Origin: Camelus dromedarius
Taxonomy: Eukaryota
Length of the DNA: 64,000 bases
Direction of reading: 5' to 3'
Assembly (NCBI RefSeq): GCF_036321535.1
Contig: NC_087437.1
Coordinates: forward strand, 25,980,001-26,044,000
This document shows positions 27,586-40,138 of this stretch, in pieces; position 1 is the stretch's first letter; each line of letters begins with the position of its first letter. The notes under the pieces are model-generated. The model saw only the letters and a list, made by a program, of their open reading frames with translations. It ran no database searches and was not told the DNA's origin. The position numbers and the translations under genes are program-made.

Positions 27586-27719
27586 TGTGTACGCAAAGCT
27601 GTGGCCGTGGAAGTGAACCATGTGCAGGTCAGACTGGCTCCCCGTGCTGATCAGATACCAGTTCACTTCATCCTGAAATGTCAGGCCTTGGTTATTTCCG
27701 GACCCTCTTCCATTAATTG
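27586..27719 (-). pseudogene. CP exon 17 homolog (HxxHxH copper motif; 6-nt in-frame deletion)
   Basis: ccacag|CA...ACA|gtaaga. [44 protein letters not shown] vs [48 protein letters not shown]. 134 nt. Confidence 0.94.
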
Positions 27720-28382
27720 CTGTGGGGGGTCACAGTGTATTATATTCAACAAAGATTTGAAATAATATTTAAAAACAAAACATGTACAGAAAGTATCATG
27801 GATATTCTCAGAGGCCCTGAGAACTTTAAAGCCAGCTACGGAGCTGTTTAACATGACCAACCCCTCTATCCATGGGTGTGTCTAATGCTAGAGAGATTTC
27901 CTTGCCTGAGGAAATGAGGCACTGACTTTAACACAATTGGGTTGTTCTAGACTATTTCACAACTAAGGATGCTTAAAGTGGTGGATACTTAAATATGTCT
28001 ATACATTTAAAGTATCACAAAAGGCTTTGACTATTAAGAGTGTGTGTTCCCATTTAACTGCCTTGGGTCAGACCTTCACGATCTGTCACCTGTGTGACTG
28101 GAAGGCCAGTTGCCTGATGTCCAGGCCTCTGGTTTCTCCCCTTCTCTAATCCTCTCCAGGTGTGGTTTTCAAAAACTAATAGGAAGAAAATATTAAAATA
28201 AAAAAAGACTCTCTCTCCTCCCTTTTACTTTTATATTTTGTGTGCATCTTTGGAAACGCATAAAATACATGAATACAGTGGCACAAATATCTAATTAATA
28301 ACCATATATCTATGAAGGTTGGACTGTAACACACTTTTAGTTGAAGGATGTAATAGAAAAAAACTAGGAGACTCTGCTTTAG

Positions 28383-28815
28383 ATCAGTGCTTCTCAAACC
28401 TGAATGTGCCCATGGCTGGGAATCTTGTTTAAAATGCAGATTATGATTCACTAGGTCTGTAAGGACTGAAACTCCGCGTTTCTAACAAGCTCCCAAGTGA
28501 TGCTTCTGCTGCTGGTCCAAGGACCACCCTGGGAGCACAAGTGCCAGAGCTGTTCCTAAGACACACGTCTATTCCTCCTGTTCCTGAGCTCAGTGCTGTT
28601 GGTGCCTTTAGCACACTGCTTCTCTACAGGACTTTGTCCCCCAGGAGACAGTTGGCAGTGCCTGGAGACATTTTTTCGTTGTCACAACTTGGGGGAAGGT
28701 GCTACTGGCATCGGGGTTGATGTCAGTAAACATCCTATAACACCCAGGGCAGCCCCCATTGCAAATTGCTATCCGACTCAAAACGTCAACAGTGATAAGC
28801 TTGAGAAACCCTGGT
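28383..28815. mobile_element. hAT-Charlie DNA transposon fossils (MER5A-like 28383-28540, MER20-like 28615-28815)
   Basis: cagtgcttctcaaac...tttctaacaagctcccaagtgatgct, and ccccaggagacagttggcagtgcctggagacatttttt...ttgagaaaccctg. Confidence 0.7.
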
Positions 28816-29734
28816 TCAGATCAGATCTCCGTTGTTAACGAGTTCCTCAAGCTTCCACATACTGATGGTTTTTTCTTTCCAGGTGCTGTGTGACTTGGCT
28901 CACATTCTGCCCTCTACCTGGAATGTCATTCCCTCCTTTTCTACTAGAGAAAATCCTATGCATCCTTAAATCCTCAACTCAAAGGTCTCCCCCCTTCATA
29001 AAAACTTTCTTGATCTCCCACGTAAGAATTTAGAGCACAGCACTGTGTTTATATTTGTGACAGCGTCCCCTCAAGCCAGCCTTGTATTGTAGCCACACAC
29101 TGTGAACAACCTGAGGGAAGATGTCCCATCTTTTGGACCCTTGTGTCCTCTTAGGGCCTAATATGGTGCTTTGTGGCCTCTGTGATGCTTATTAAAAGAC
29201 TACGGATAGCATGGATGCAGCCCTCGAATTAATTTTCAATTTACATATATTTCTTGCATAAGGAAAAAAATCTAACAAGTTAAAAGTGATCAATCACATT
29301 TGGATTTGCCTTACATAGGCAAAGGATCCCTGGCCCAGTCCTACCCTTGAACTTCCTCAGGGGCAAGGACTGGGGCCAGAAAGATTGTGATTAAGCACGG
29401 TTGCTTATATGCTTTTATTTGAATAGTTGCCTTATTACTAGGATTCTACATGGAGGTGGGTCATAAACAGGGCAAACCTAGTCACAGTGAACCTATAAAG
29501 GAGTTCTGGGTGATGAGTGTGGGGTTTTTAAAAGTTCTGCCTGCAAAGGTCCTTTGGTAAGGAAGTGAGGAGGAGTGGGTGGGGTATGCGCTTTCTAGTT
29601 TGTCTTAAACCCCACATCTCCCTGGGTCCATCCAGGTAAAATACTTAGAGTGTAGTCAGGCCCCTCAGAAACCATGGCCGATTTCTTTGGTTTTACACTG
29701 CCTGCAGGGCTCCAGAGGCATGAGAATTCACCTC

Positions 29735-30080
29735 GCTGCAAGGACAGGGGTCTCCAGCCCGCACGCCAGCTCCAGCCCACTCACTGCCCGTTTTGTTTCT
29801 CTGCGGCTCATGAGCAAAGAATGGTTTTTAAATTTCTAAAGGGTTGGAAAAAAAATAAGCGAGTAATATTTCCTGACACGTGAAAATTGTATAAAACGCA
29901 AGTTCCGGCCATAAATGAAGTTTTACTGACTCGTGGCCACTTCCATTTGTTGACATGTCATCTGTAAGTGCTTTTGTGCCACAAAGGTGGAGAAGACAGC
30001 TTATGGCAAAGACTGTGTGGTCTACAAGCCCAAACTCTTTACAATCAGGCTCTTGATGGAAAAAGTTTGTGACCCCTGAT
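29735..30080. mobile_element. MER58-like DNA transposon fossil
   Basis: cagggg...gagcaaagaatggtttttaaatttctaaag...aaaagtttgtgacccctg termini. Confidence 0.65.
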
Positions 30081-30218
30081 CCACATGATCTGTACCCCAC
30101 CTGTGTGTGATCATGTCCTTGAAACTGTGCTGAGAGTGAGAGATGCAAACCTTTACCTGTTGCCTTTGGGCACAGCAACCTGTAGGCTACAGGGGGTGAG
30201 TCGGGGAGTGGACACTAC

Positions 30219-30417
30219 TGTGCATTTGCTTGCTGAGGTCAAACTCATTGTCATTCCTGTCAACTTGGTTTGTTCTTGAGAACAGTATTGATGTTTTCTT
30301 CAAAAAACCAGGACTCATTCTCATTAAAAATCATGAAGTGGAGAACACCGTGAACTATGCTGGCTTTGGTGTCTTTGCAACATATGATCAAAGGCCCTTT
30401 CAGTCCACTGTTAAGAT
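30219..30417 (-). pseudogene. CP exon 16 homolog (frameshifts)
   Basis: (D)LNSGLKGPLIICCKDTKASIVHGVLHFMIFNENESWFFEENINT/SRTNQVDRNDNEFDLSKQMH. One G is missing at the cag|GAT junction and about 2 nt are lost near 30280. Donor A|gtagtg. Confidence 0.9.
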
Positions 30418-30454
30418 CTGGAGAGGAAAAGCAAGATTATGGAGAGGAATAGCC

Positions 30455-30680
30455 CACAAACTGACACAACATTGTAAACTGACTATACTTCAATAAAAAA
30501 AAATTATATATATACTAAAAAAAGAACTAATACATTAAAAAAAGAATATGAAAATGAATATATATATGTTCATGTATGACTGAAGCATTGTGCTGTACAC
30601 CAGAAATTTGTACAACATTGTAAACTGACTAGACTTCAATAAAAATATATATATACAAATAAAAAACACTAAAAAAACTG
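30455..30680 (+). mobile_element. Two tandem short L1 3'-end fragments
   Basis: acaacattgtaaactgacta(t/g)acttcaataaaaa occurs twice (about 30466 and 30612), each followed by an A-rich tail. Confidence 0.7.
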
Positions 30681-31381
30681 TTTTAAATTTTTTAATAAAA
30701 ATTAATATTTTAGATGTTTAAAAAACATTCTCCCAGTCAAGGAAAAGGATGGAAACAAGTTTTAGTTTGAGTAAGATCAGAGCTTGAGTTTTTAATGATT
30801 AAGATTCTAAGTTTGAGCATAAGAAACCAAATGTTTGACATGCTATATCCCTGACTGAAGAAAAATGGTCATCTCCTTTATCACCGTTGAGGTCTAAAGA
30901 GAACAACAAAATCTTGAAAGGGATTTTAGACACATTCTCCAGTGGATTTAGTTCTATTTTTGAAATTTTAATTTCAAAAACAGAACTTTGATTTTGATTA
31001 GAATTCCTGGGCATTGGAACCAGTCGGCAGACATGTCTCAAGGTCTCAGATCCTTCCCGCCGGGAAGCCTCTGCCCTCGTGGCCACTTTCAGCTGGGAGC
31101 CTTGGTTTATTTATATTCGTTTTGTTTTGGGGTTGACTGTCTGTGTCTCTTCTTGTTTTTGGCAGAGTGTAGGCCAAAAATAACTGAAAGGCCAAAGAGG
31201 GAACTCTTTTTTTTTTTTTTGGAATGCAAGTAAACTGGAACTCCAGAGATGAGAATTTTTAAAAGATATATAATACATATATATTTATTTCTCATTAAGC
31301 ATAGCATTTTAAAACCCCCTACTTTTAGTTTTCTGGAACCCAAATCCTTTTCAGTGAAACAAAGAAGAGGATATTATCATG

Positions 31382-31418
<37 letters not shown>

Positions 31419-31655
31419 CTCCCAATCCACAGTGGCAACCACAGTAACACTTGGGTAGATGTCATAAACCTAAGTGATCATAATGTAATAATTTATTTTG
31501 CTCTTGAAAAGTGCAAAACCATGTAGGTTAAAAGCTGAGCGATATTGAGAAAGTTTACATAAAACTAAGATTTTTTTTTTAAAGAAAAAGAAATTCCTTT
31601 CTTTCATTATAATTTCTAAGAGGAGATAAGATAAAAATTGTGATTTAAAGTTTAC

Positions 31656-31757
31656 CTTAAACACCTCCACAGTAGTAAAACCAAGGTATACACTCAAAGT
31701 CCTCTGGGGAAGGACCAGTTCTTTCCGGAATCTGCCAAATGTGTGTTTGGATCTCTC
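31656..31757 (-). pseudogene. CP exon 15 homolog (about -5 frameshift)
   Basis: ttttag|GA...AAG|gtaaac. EIQTHIWQIPERTGPSPEDFECIPWFY/TVEVFK vs CP [35 protein letters not shown]. 102 nt. Confidence 0.92.
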
Positions 31758-33525
31758 CTAAAATAGGCAAATACAGTGTGTTTAAATAGAATCTTTTAAA
31801 TCACACTTCTTTATGGAGGAACAGATAATAAGCCAACGCTAAAGCTATATAAATATTAGTCCTCGTTTTCACTTCGGGCTCTGCTGCTCCTTGCTTTCCG
31901 GCCTTAGTCCATGTGTCTGTGTGTTTACATTTTCTGGGCTTCTGTTTCGTCATGCAAATAAAATGGGGATTTAGGGATTAGACACGATGGTGCAAAGGAG
32001 GCCCTTGGTGCTGCGTCACCTGACCTACAGGGCAAGTCACTGTCAATGTCACTATTATATCCTCAGTGTTACTGAATCAAAACTTTATAGAGATTCTACT
32101 ATTGAAAATGTCAATCAGTAAATATCTCATTTATTCATTCAACAAATCTTTATTGTAGTGAAGATGACTCAGGCTTTGAAATGGGACAGGACTGCTTTGA
32201 ATCACAGCTCTGAACCTTCCAATTTGTGGATCACATGTGTCTCCTCCCCAGTCCCAAGGCTGTTTGCATTAACCCTACTTAATTTGAATCCTCTTGACTC
32301 TTGCAGGAAAATTCTTTTGGCCCCTCACTGTCTCCCCTCACTGTATAATCTGAAGTCTCCCCCTTCCAGAGGCTTAAGTTAATTTTCCCAAGCACGTGTG
32401 ACCCAGTGCTCTCCACTAACCAACCCCATCTTCAGCCTCCCCACTTCAATCTTTAACCATCTATTTAGTACTACCCCCTACCTTCCTCACATACCACACA
32501 GTGCCAGGGGCACAGCAGGGTACTCAGAAGTGTTTGTGAAATGCACGAAATGTGATCCTTTTCTGACTAATCAAAACAGAGCGCTGACTTGCAAACTCCC
32601 TTGATAGGACATTCATGTCGGTCCCACCATAGGACTGCCTGTTTTTAAAATCAAAGGGAATATTTCACCCACCATCAAGGTCTATCTTGAGTCCCTCTGC
32701 CCCACAGATCTTTCCTTTCTAAATTTGGGTCTTTCCTGGATACCCTGAATTCCCAGAACTTCATATTTTGGTGGGCAATGATGGAGGACATTTTGGGTGT
32801 CCACTTCAGATCCCCCTTGAAAAATGCTCCACCAGGTATCAACCCTCTTCACTGACAACCTCAGCTGAAGAGAGCCACCACCCTCAAGACTGCATCCAAT
32901 GACTGAGGCACGTAAAGGCCCGGCCCTCTCACCCCAACTCAGGATGGCTGAGGGCCACCCAGTCTTCTGAATTTCTCACATGCTTGGCTGTGACTGCTAT
33001 TCAGGCTGCATCTCTGTTGACCCTTTCCCCCTGCCCAAGTCTGCCTCTTTCTTTTTCATTCCATAGTTGTTGATCCCAAGATCACTACCTGCATGTGAAT
33101 CTTCATTTCAGAGTCTACCCTTTGAGTGTAGAATGCTGAGTGGCCTGTCGTGTAGCGGTGATGCCGTAGACATATTAGCACGTGAGGTTCATTGCTTCCT
33201 CTTGGCGGCCCAACTCTCTCCCTTGTTCCCTCCCTCACACACGGCATCTTATGCTTGACTCCTACTTTGGTACTTGAGTTGGAGAGATTGAACAGAATAC
33301 CTGACAGCTGGACAGGTGGAAAGGTGGGAGAGGGGGCGGCCCTAGAGGAGAAATTGTATACACTGGGGAGTTGTATACAGATTGTGTACACACGGTGCCC
33401 CATCCTGGAAGCCAACTCTACTTGCAAAAGGAACTTCTCTCCCAAACTCACTCTTCAGACCCTTCTTACTAGTCCACTGGCCTCTCTCATCAGGAACTAC
33501 ACCTGTATTTAAGACCAAATTATTA

Positions 33526-33618
33526 GGGGGTGGGTATAGCTCAGTGGTAGAGCACATGCTTAGCATGCAGGATGTCCTGCCTGGTTTCAATCCCAGTTAC
33601 CTCCATTAAAAAAAAAAA
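33526..33618 (+). mobile_element. tRNA-derived SINE (Vic-1-like)
   Basis: GGGGGTGGGTATAGCTCAGTGGTAGAGCACATGCTTAGCATGCAGG head with A box, degenerate B box and A tail. Confidence 0.8.
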
Positions 33619-33756
33619 TCCTTGTGCGTTAAAAATTGAAAGAGAGAAAAACAAACAAACAAACAAACAAACAAAATAAGTTTGAAAAAGAATGAACATT
33701 AACCCCACAGTCCTACATAAAAGCTTTGGGGCTTTTCTTTCTCCCAAAGCAGTTAC

Positions 33757-33884
33757 CTGGCTGTGTTGGAACAACAGTGGTATACTTTGTTTTCACTCCA
33801 TAGCATGAATAGAATATGGTCTTGAGGCCTTATTTTTCAAGACAATATGGAACGTCTGACCAGGGCTGAGAAATATTATAGGAC
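33757..33884 (-). pseudogene. CP exon 14 homolog (-1 frameshift)
   Basis: tcttag|GT...CCA G|gtaact. PIIFLSPGQTFHIVLKNKASRPYSIHA/GVKTKYTTVVPTQPG. The second His codon of HAHG has lost one base (about 33801). 128 nt. Confidence 0.92.
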
Positions 33885-35509
33885 CTAAGATATAGAAAAA
33901 GGAAATTTGTGGATAGTTGCTATTTATTTTCAATTATGAGTCATCTGTCCCCTTAAATATTTAGAGAGTGACGTGTTCTTATTCGTTTCCTTAACACTCA
34001 GCCAAGGGAAACACAAACACATTTAACAAATGGATCACTGCTGACTAATGAAACATGGTTTTTCCCCAGAAAATGTAGATCATCTAGAATTTTTATAAGC
34101 CCCAGCTCTAGAAAACTTATTCAATGAGCATCAGTTAATGCCTATGGAAACACACAATTTAGAAATGGAACACTTTATTTTCTTTCTCGATCAGCCTCAT
34201 CATTTATGCCTTTTATTCTTTCCCCCTTCCCCAAGTGGGTGATTAGGAGGAGCTGCAAGGCCATTTTATTGACCCCAGTGATCATCTTTCCCACAGACTA
34301 GAGATCCTTCATTCTACTCTCTCTCCCTTCCATCCCAGGCAAAGAACTGGAGGGATATGATTTGTTATAAATCTTCTTTCTCTTTGGAAATAGACTGAAT
34401 CTGTGGCTCTAAAAATTCTGAAGCAGATGGTTTGGAGATGAACTCAGCAGTAAGAAGTCTTCTTAAACTTATGCTGTCATTACTCAAATCGGATGCTAGA
34501 TGCTAGCAAAGCACAGCACCTCTTTGTCTCCCATGGTAATTCTACTACCTCACACACTATGCTTGTTTTTCCTTTTCTATAGAAAGTCGGGGTGGGAGGA
34601 GTAGGTTTAAATAATAATAGACTCTATAGAGTTATGTTATTTATCTTAGTACTTTCTGCCAGAATCCTAGTGAAAACAAATACTTTGCTGTTACTAAAAA
34701 TAAGGGCTCACCCCAAAACACTGGGAGCTGGATAGCACGGACCTCCCTCCAGGGGTTGCAAAGCTCTAAAGGCTAATGAGGAGCCAAGAAGAGTAAGAGT
34801 TCCTCCTCATGACCATGTAAATCCACCTTCTCAGGGTCCCACGCCAGAAAATGGCCTCTGAGAGACACACAGGTATCAGGACCCAAACAAGATCTGGGCG
34901 TATGGAAATGCCATGTGACTTCTGGAGACACTATGCAACATGTGGAAATGCCATTTGATGTATGAAGACATCAAGTGACTTATGGAAATGTTATGTGGGG
35001 GTGCTTGGGGGTGACTTGCAGGTTTCCTAGATGATCTGGCAAGGGTGGAGATAAGGGCTGTAACTTTTCTCACTCCTGGACAGAAGATGCCATTAAACCT
35101 TGACGCTTAAGTGGTTAAACCAAACACTTCTATTGAAACACAAAAAGCCCTCTCCTCACTGTACTGGGGTTTTGGGGCTTTGTTTTAATTTCAATGAAAT
35201 TATCTCTAAATGCTACTTCTGAGATCCCTCCCGCATCCAGAAGTTTTGGATTCTGAGTGCAAGAAGCCGGGTAATCTGAAACTGACCATACTAATTGTCT
35301 ATGGCCTCTTTATTTTCTACTGAATAATCCTTGAATCACTTTTCTTTTCCCAGTAAAAGTGCCTATCTGCAAACAAATTAATGTTAGAATTATAGACACC
35401 TCCCTCTGTCAAGGTGGAAGTTGACAATATCCTTAATGTATGCGACCCTCTGTCGAGGCTGAGAACAAGATGACAAACCCCAGAGCCAATCTTAACAGTA
35501 TAGCAATAC

Positions 35510-35648
35510 CTAGTATGTCCAGATGTTTCTCATTTCATTTCTTGCTGTTTGATTCGTGAATGTGATGTCATCATATTGATGGTATATGACTTTCCTGTTT
35601 TTGGACCCAACATACGTCCCAATATTGTCCAAATATATGTTTGTTTCA
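35510..35648 (-). pseudogene. CP exon 13 homolog (-1 frameshift)
   Basis: ctcaaag|T...CTA G|gtattg. ETNIYLDNIGTYVGSKNRKVIYHQYDDITFTNQTARNE/EKHLDILG. 139 nt, with a 1-nt deletion near 35532. Confidence 0.92.
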
Positions 35649-36433
35649 CTTTGAGAAAATAAAAACAAAGCCAAAAAACCCATAAAATTAATTTAGCCAT
35701 TAAATTAGACAAATTCTCATATGGAAGAACTTCTTATTGAAATAATACAATTTATTAATATCTAGAGGCTATTTTACCTTGAAGAGTAATTCCTTTTTTT
35801 AAAATATATATTCTTTCTAGTAAGATTGTTGGATATTAATTGTGTACTTTAAAACCTGTTTTCAGGATGAAATTTTAGTTTTGATAAATGAATAAATAGT
35901 AGGAAGATAAATCAGAGACAGAAATCAAATTTCACACAGAAAAGAAAAATCACTGTCCTCAATTTGAGGTTCTCAGAAGAATAATGAGAGAAACAAATGA
36001 AGACCAAAAAAACCAAACAAAAAAAACCCTGAATGATTCCAAATGTTAAATGTAGCTGAAATTATATTTACTCTACCTCAGAAGTGCTGCTATCGGATGG
36101 TAAAACACACTTGGAAGATCAGATGCAAGAAGTGAGAAGAGAGATGGGGAAAAACAGCACAGAAGTAAGTTATGGAGGTACACGGGAAAATTTGAAGTCA
36201 TTTATAATTGAAGACATCGCACACACGTTTTGAAGTTGTTTGTAATTGAATGTATCCTAAATACACGTCACACACATTCCATGCACACACGCCCATCACA
36301 CACATGTGTACCACACACAAACACACACCACACACACATACACATACACATGGGAGAGAGAGAGACTGGAAGGAAAGGGTGGGGGACTATAGAATAAACC
36401 CTGCCCAAGTAGAGACCGAAGTCGCCGCCATGC

Positions 36434-36638
36434 TTCTTTCCTGGAAGACGTCGCAGTTCCCTCTCCCACGTCCTGTTAGAACAATCCCACACAATTTCCT
36501 CAGCCTCGATATAAACAGTCTTCTCCTCCTGGTACTCTGTTGGATCCGGGTTTGGCCCTGAACACTGCCTCACTTGGTATTTCTGTTTCATACCTCCTTG
36601 ATAGTGCTCTGTGGTCGTACAAACCACATGAAAAATTC
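36434..36638 (-). pseudogene. CP exon 12 homolog (type-1 Cu C-x4-H-x4-M; GC donor)
   Basis: ctctag|GA...; GIFHVVCTTTEHYQGGMKQKYQVRQCSGPNPDPTEYQEEKTVYIEAEEIVWDCSNRTWERELRRLPGK vs CP [26 protein letters not shown]...WDYSPQREWEKELHHL. One codon is missing and the homologous donor reads AA|gcatgg. Confidence 0.93.
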
Positions 36639-37451
36639 CTAGAGGCGAATAAGAAAAGAATGCTTAAGGTTTTGCACTCAGACTTCTTTTCTCCACGAAG
36701 TCATTTATAAGATATGAATCCTCAGAAGGAATACAGTAAGATAGTTCACTCATTCTTTCACTAATTTGACAAATAGTTACTGACAAACAGGCTGTAAGTC
36801 AGACATATTTCTAGGCACTTGGGAAACCTCCATGAACAAAGCAGTTAAAAATTCTTGCCCTTGGAGTTTATATTGCAGAATATTGTAGAGACAAATAAAC
36901 ATAGTAACTTTTATGTATGTTGGAAGTACACTTATCACCTGGATTAAGGAAAAAAGTAGAGTAGTGTAAGGAGGATTGAGAATTCTGGATGAATGTGTTG
37001 GGGGAGGGGAGCAGTGAACAACAGTTTATAGGATGATCAGGGTGAGTCTTGATGGGTGGGTGACATTTGGGTAAAGATTCAGAAGAGGTAAATGGTGGAC
37101 GTAGAGGAAGAGCAACCCAGGCAGAGGAAATAGGTAGCAAAGCCCCCAAGCTGAGGGTCTGCCTGGTGTATCTAAGGAGCATGGAAGAGGCCAGAGTGTC
37201 TGCAGGGGAGTGAGCAAGGGAGAGAGTACAAGGAGACCAGACCGGTGGGGAATGGAGGACAAAGTCACCTGGGCCCCTGTGGGCCACTGAAAAATCAGTA
37301 CTTTCACGCAGTGAAATGGGGAGCCGTTGTGTGATTTTGAGTCCATGAGTGACATAAAGACATTGTGGCTGCTGTACTGAGATTAAATTAGAGTGGGCAA
37401 AGGTGAGAGGAAGGAGAACTGTTAGGAGGCTATTAAAATAGTCCATGAGAG

Positions 37452-37627
37452 GTGAGGAGAGGTATAGCTCAGGGGTAGAGCACATTCCCAGCATGTGGGA
37501 GGTCCTGGGTTCAATCCCCAGTATCTCTGTTAAAAATACATGAATAAACCTAATTACCTCCCCTCAAAAATAAACTTAAAAAAATTTTAAAAAGGAAACT
37601 GTTAAAAGAAAAAAAACTGTTAAAAAT
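37452..37627 (+). mobile_element. tRNA-derived SINE (Vic-1-like) inserted in an L2 remnant
   Basis: A and B boxes (TAGCTCAGGGG, GGTTCAATCCC). Perfect 17-bp TSD aaaatagtccatgagag at 37435-37451 and 37628-37644. Confidence 0.88.
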
Positions 37628-38094
37628 AAAATAGTCCATGAGAGATGACGGCGGGTCAGAGAGTTAGCAAGTGAAGTAGTGAAAGGAAGTTGAAGGCAAT
37701 CAGCAATACGTCAAAACCCCCCGAACAATAACCACAACAAAAACAAACCACCGCAACAAAGAAACTCCAGCCTGGTTCAGACCAGTGAATTCCAGCCGTC
37801 CTTTATTTTGGTAATTTTATGCCCATCATGTTCTGACTTTGCTTCTTAAGATTCCCTTCATCAACACTAATATTCTCTTCCAACTCTGTATCCATTTCTG
37901 TTGTTGCTGTTCCTTATTGTGGAAGGTAAGTGTGAAGACTGATAAGAAAGAAAAACCTCCAGACTCAGAGGGTTTGAGAACGAGAATTTGTTTAGAATGA
38001 AATGATTCTCATCTGGCACAGTGCTTATTGCCTACTAGGTGCCTCCATGAGTTGACTGCTGGGGATACTGTTTAAGAAAAAGAGTGAAGAGCGG

Positions 38095-38125
<31 letters not shown>

Positions 38126-39166
38126 AAGTCCCGGAAAACATCTACAGCGGACAGGAGAGGAAGAAGTGGGTTGGGGATGAGTGACAACTTGCCACTGAGT
38201 GAGTGCGTACAGCAGGGAAAGAAAGAGCAGTGGAGAAAGATCTTTCCTTTTTTCTTCCGATTGTTTGTAACCACAGGCTTTGTTTGCTTGCAAAGTGAAA
38301 TTTAAAAAAATTGAAATGTGAAAAGTGTAGTCACGTGGATCTGTAACATCACAGAGTTAAGATACCAATCCATGGTTTCTACAGGGTAATTGGTTTATTG
38401 TGTAGCTGGTATTGGATTGGTGCCAGAAGTATTTGACCAAGAAGGATTTTGTTTTCTTGTTTGTTTGTCTTTGTTTGTTTGTTTGTTTTGTGAAGGTAGA
38501 GCTGCAGAATAAAAGAAGAAACTAACATTTTACTGATAGTCTAACATATGTCAGGCACTTCATTGCACCACATCTATCTCATCTGATTGTGTCTATTCCT
38601 TTATATGGATTGTAAATTATTACCCTTATTTTACAAATGAGGGTATTAGGTTCAGAGGGGACGGGAGGCTCTTCTGATCCCCATAACAATTCCCTGAAAC
38701 ATGGTGCCTTTAAAAAAAATTGCCAGCAACAATCAATCCCACTGAAGTCAAAACATTTCCCTAGAGAGCAAAGCTAGCAAGAGGAGGAGTCAAGAGGGGA
38801 AGGTAAACACAGGAGGAAGGACTGGGAAACAAACAGACAGAGCTTAAGAAATGCAGCAAGTAACAGAGTGAAAACAAGTTCAAATGCTTCAAAGCATCTT
38901 CATTGCTTTCAAAAAGTATGGTTGATTTAGAGCCTGGAGCACGTGAAGAGAAAACCAGGAAGGGCTGAGAGGATTTTTGTATACAGCAAAATAATAGATT
39001 AATGCTCCTAGAAGTTAAATAAATCAGGGTAAAGATTTACTAAATGCTATATGGATAATCTCCTTGTTTTTCCTCCTGTACAAACAGAATATTCAGTGCA
39101 TATGAAGACATTACTTCTTTATGCTTTGGATGTATTTCAGGCTGATGCAGAAGATCCACAACGTAC

Positions 39167-39376
39167 CTGTGGAATCAGGTGTCATAAGAAGTGTTTGGGA
39201 GATGTGGGGAAACAGAGTTATAGTGTCGTCCCTTGCTCCTAAGATAGTGAAACTATTTCCTGAAAAATACATCCCATGAAAGTCAACTGATCCCATACTA
39301 AGAACGTGTCATGAAGCGTTGTCTCCAAAGCACATATCCAGTCCAGGCAGATTTCCATACCTGAATCCATTTATGG
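39167..39376 (-). pseudogene. CP exon 11 homolog (in-frame TGA)
   Basis: ttgcag|CC...ACA G|gtacgt. INGFRYGNLPGLDMCFGDNAS*HVLSMGSVDFHGMYFSGNSFTILGARDDTITLFPHISQTLLMTPDST. TGA at 39311-39309 replaces a conserved Trp, and the exon is one codon shorter than CP. Confidence 0.94.
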
Positions 39377-39986
39377 CTGCAAGACGTTTGTAACACAGAA
39401 GAGTATTTAATTTATTGGTACTTTGACATCTCTTGAAATTCAACAAAGGACTTATCATAAAGCAATTCATTTATGCAAGATCTCAAGGCTATTCAAGTCA
39501 AACCCTTCCTTTCAGATTTGAAGAAACAAAGGCCAGGGAGACTTATTAAGTGTCATTAAGCTAATGAATGGAACTGTTAAGACAGAGTCCAAGTCTCCAG
39601 ATTCTAGACCAATCCTTTTCCCATCACATGGTACAGTCTTCAAAAACCAACCAATCAACAAACTAACTCAACAAACACCCACCCATCCACTCCACTACTT
39701 TGGCAATAGAGAAATACATGATTTTTATGTATCACATTTAGCAATAGTTAACACAGTGTATTGCACCAGAAAGGCATTGGTAAATCTTTGGTAAATTGAA
39801 TATAACATAATCACCCTACTAGGCAATATTTTGGGGAGCAAATTATATTTAAAGAAAACATGAAACATATTAGCCAACCATTGAGGGGAAAATGTAAGTC
39901 TCTCTTAAACAACCTGTAATTCTTTAGGCCTAGTGAAATTAAACAACTGCCTAATGCATTTATCTTATAAATTAAATGTTCCTCAC

Positions 39987-40138
39987 AGTACGTGCTGTTA
40001 GACTCTTGGAAGTCTGGATCTTCTCTGTCCACTTTTTTCAGGATCTGTGGTAAATGTCCTGTTATTTCTGTCTAAAAGATAACTTTCATTTTCATCAAAT
40101 ATTGTGGCAAGCGGGTAGCATTGTTTATCTATTCCCTT
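39987..40138 (-). pseudogene. CP exon 10 homolog (acceptor AG>AA, +1 frameshift)
   Basis: KGIDKQCYPLATIFDENESYLLDRNNRTFTTDPEK/VDREDPDFQESNSTY. The acceptor reads ccacAA, there is an extra A in the run at 40033-40038, and the donor is T|gtgagg. 152 nt. Confidence 0.9.

Noticed and set aside
33526..33605. tRNA-Ala-like gene (also 37452, 40788, 44872, 48281)
   Set aside because: Degenerate stems, A-rich tails and, for three copies, TSDs show these are SINE copies rather than tRNA genes.
36868..37494. 208-aa ORF, the longest in the track
   Set aside because: It runs through a SINE and an L2 remnant inside a pseudogene intron and shows no protein family signal.
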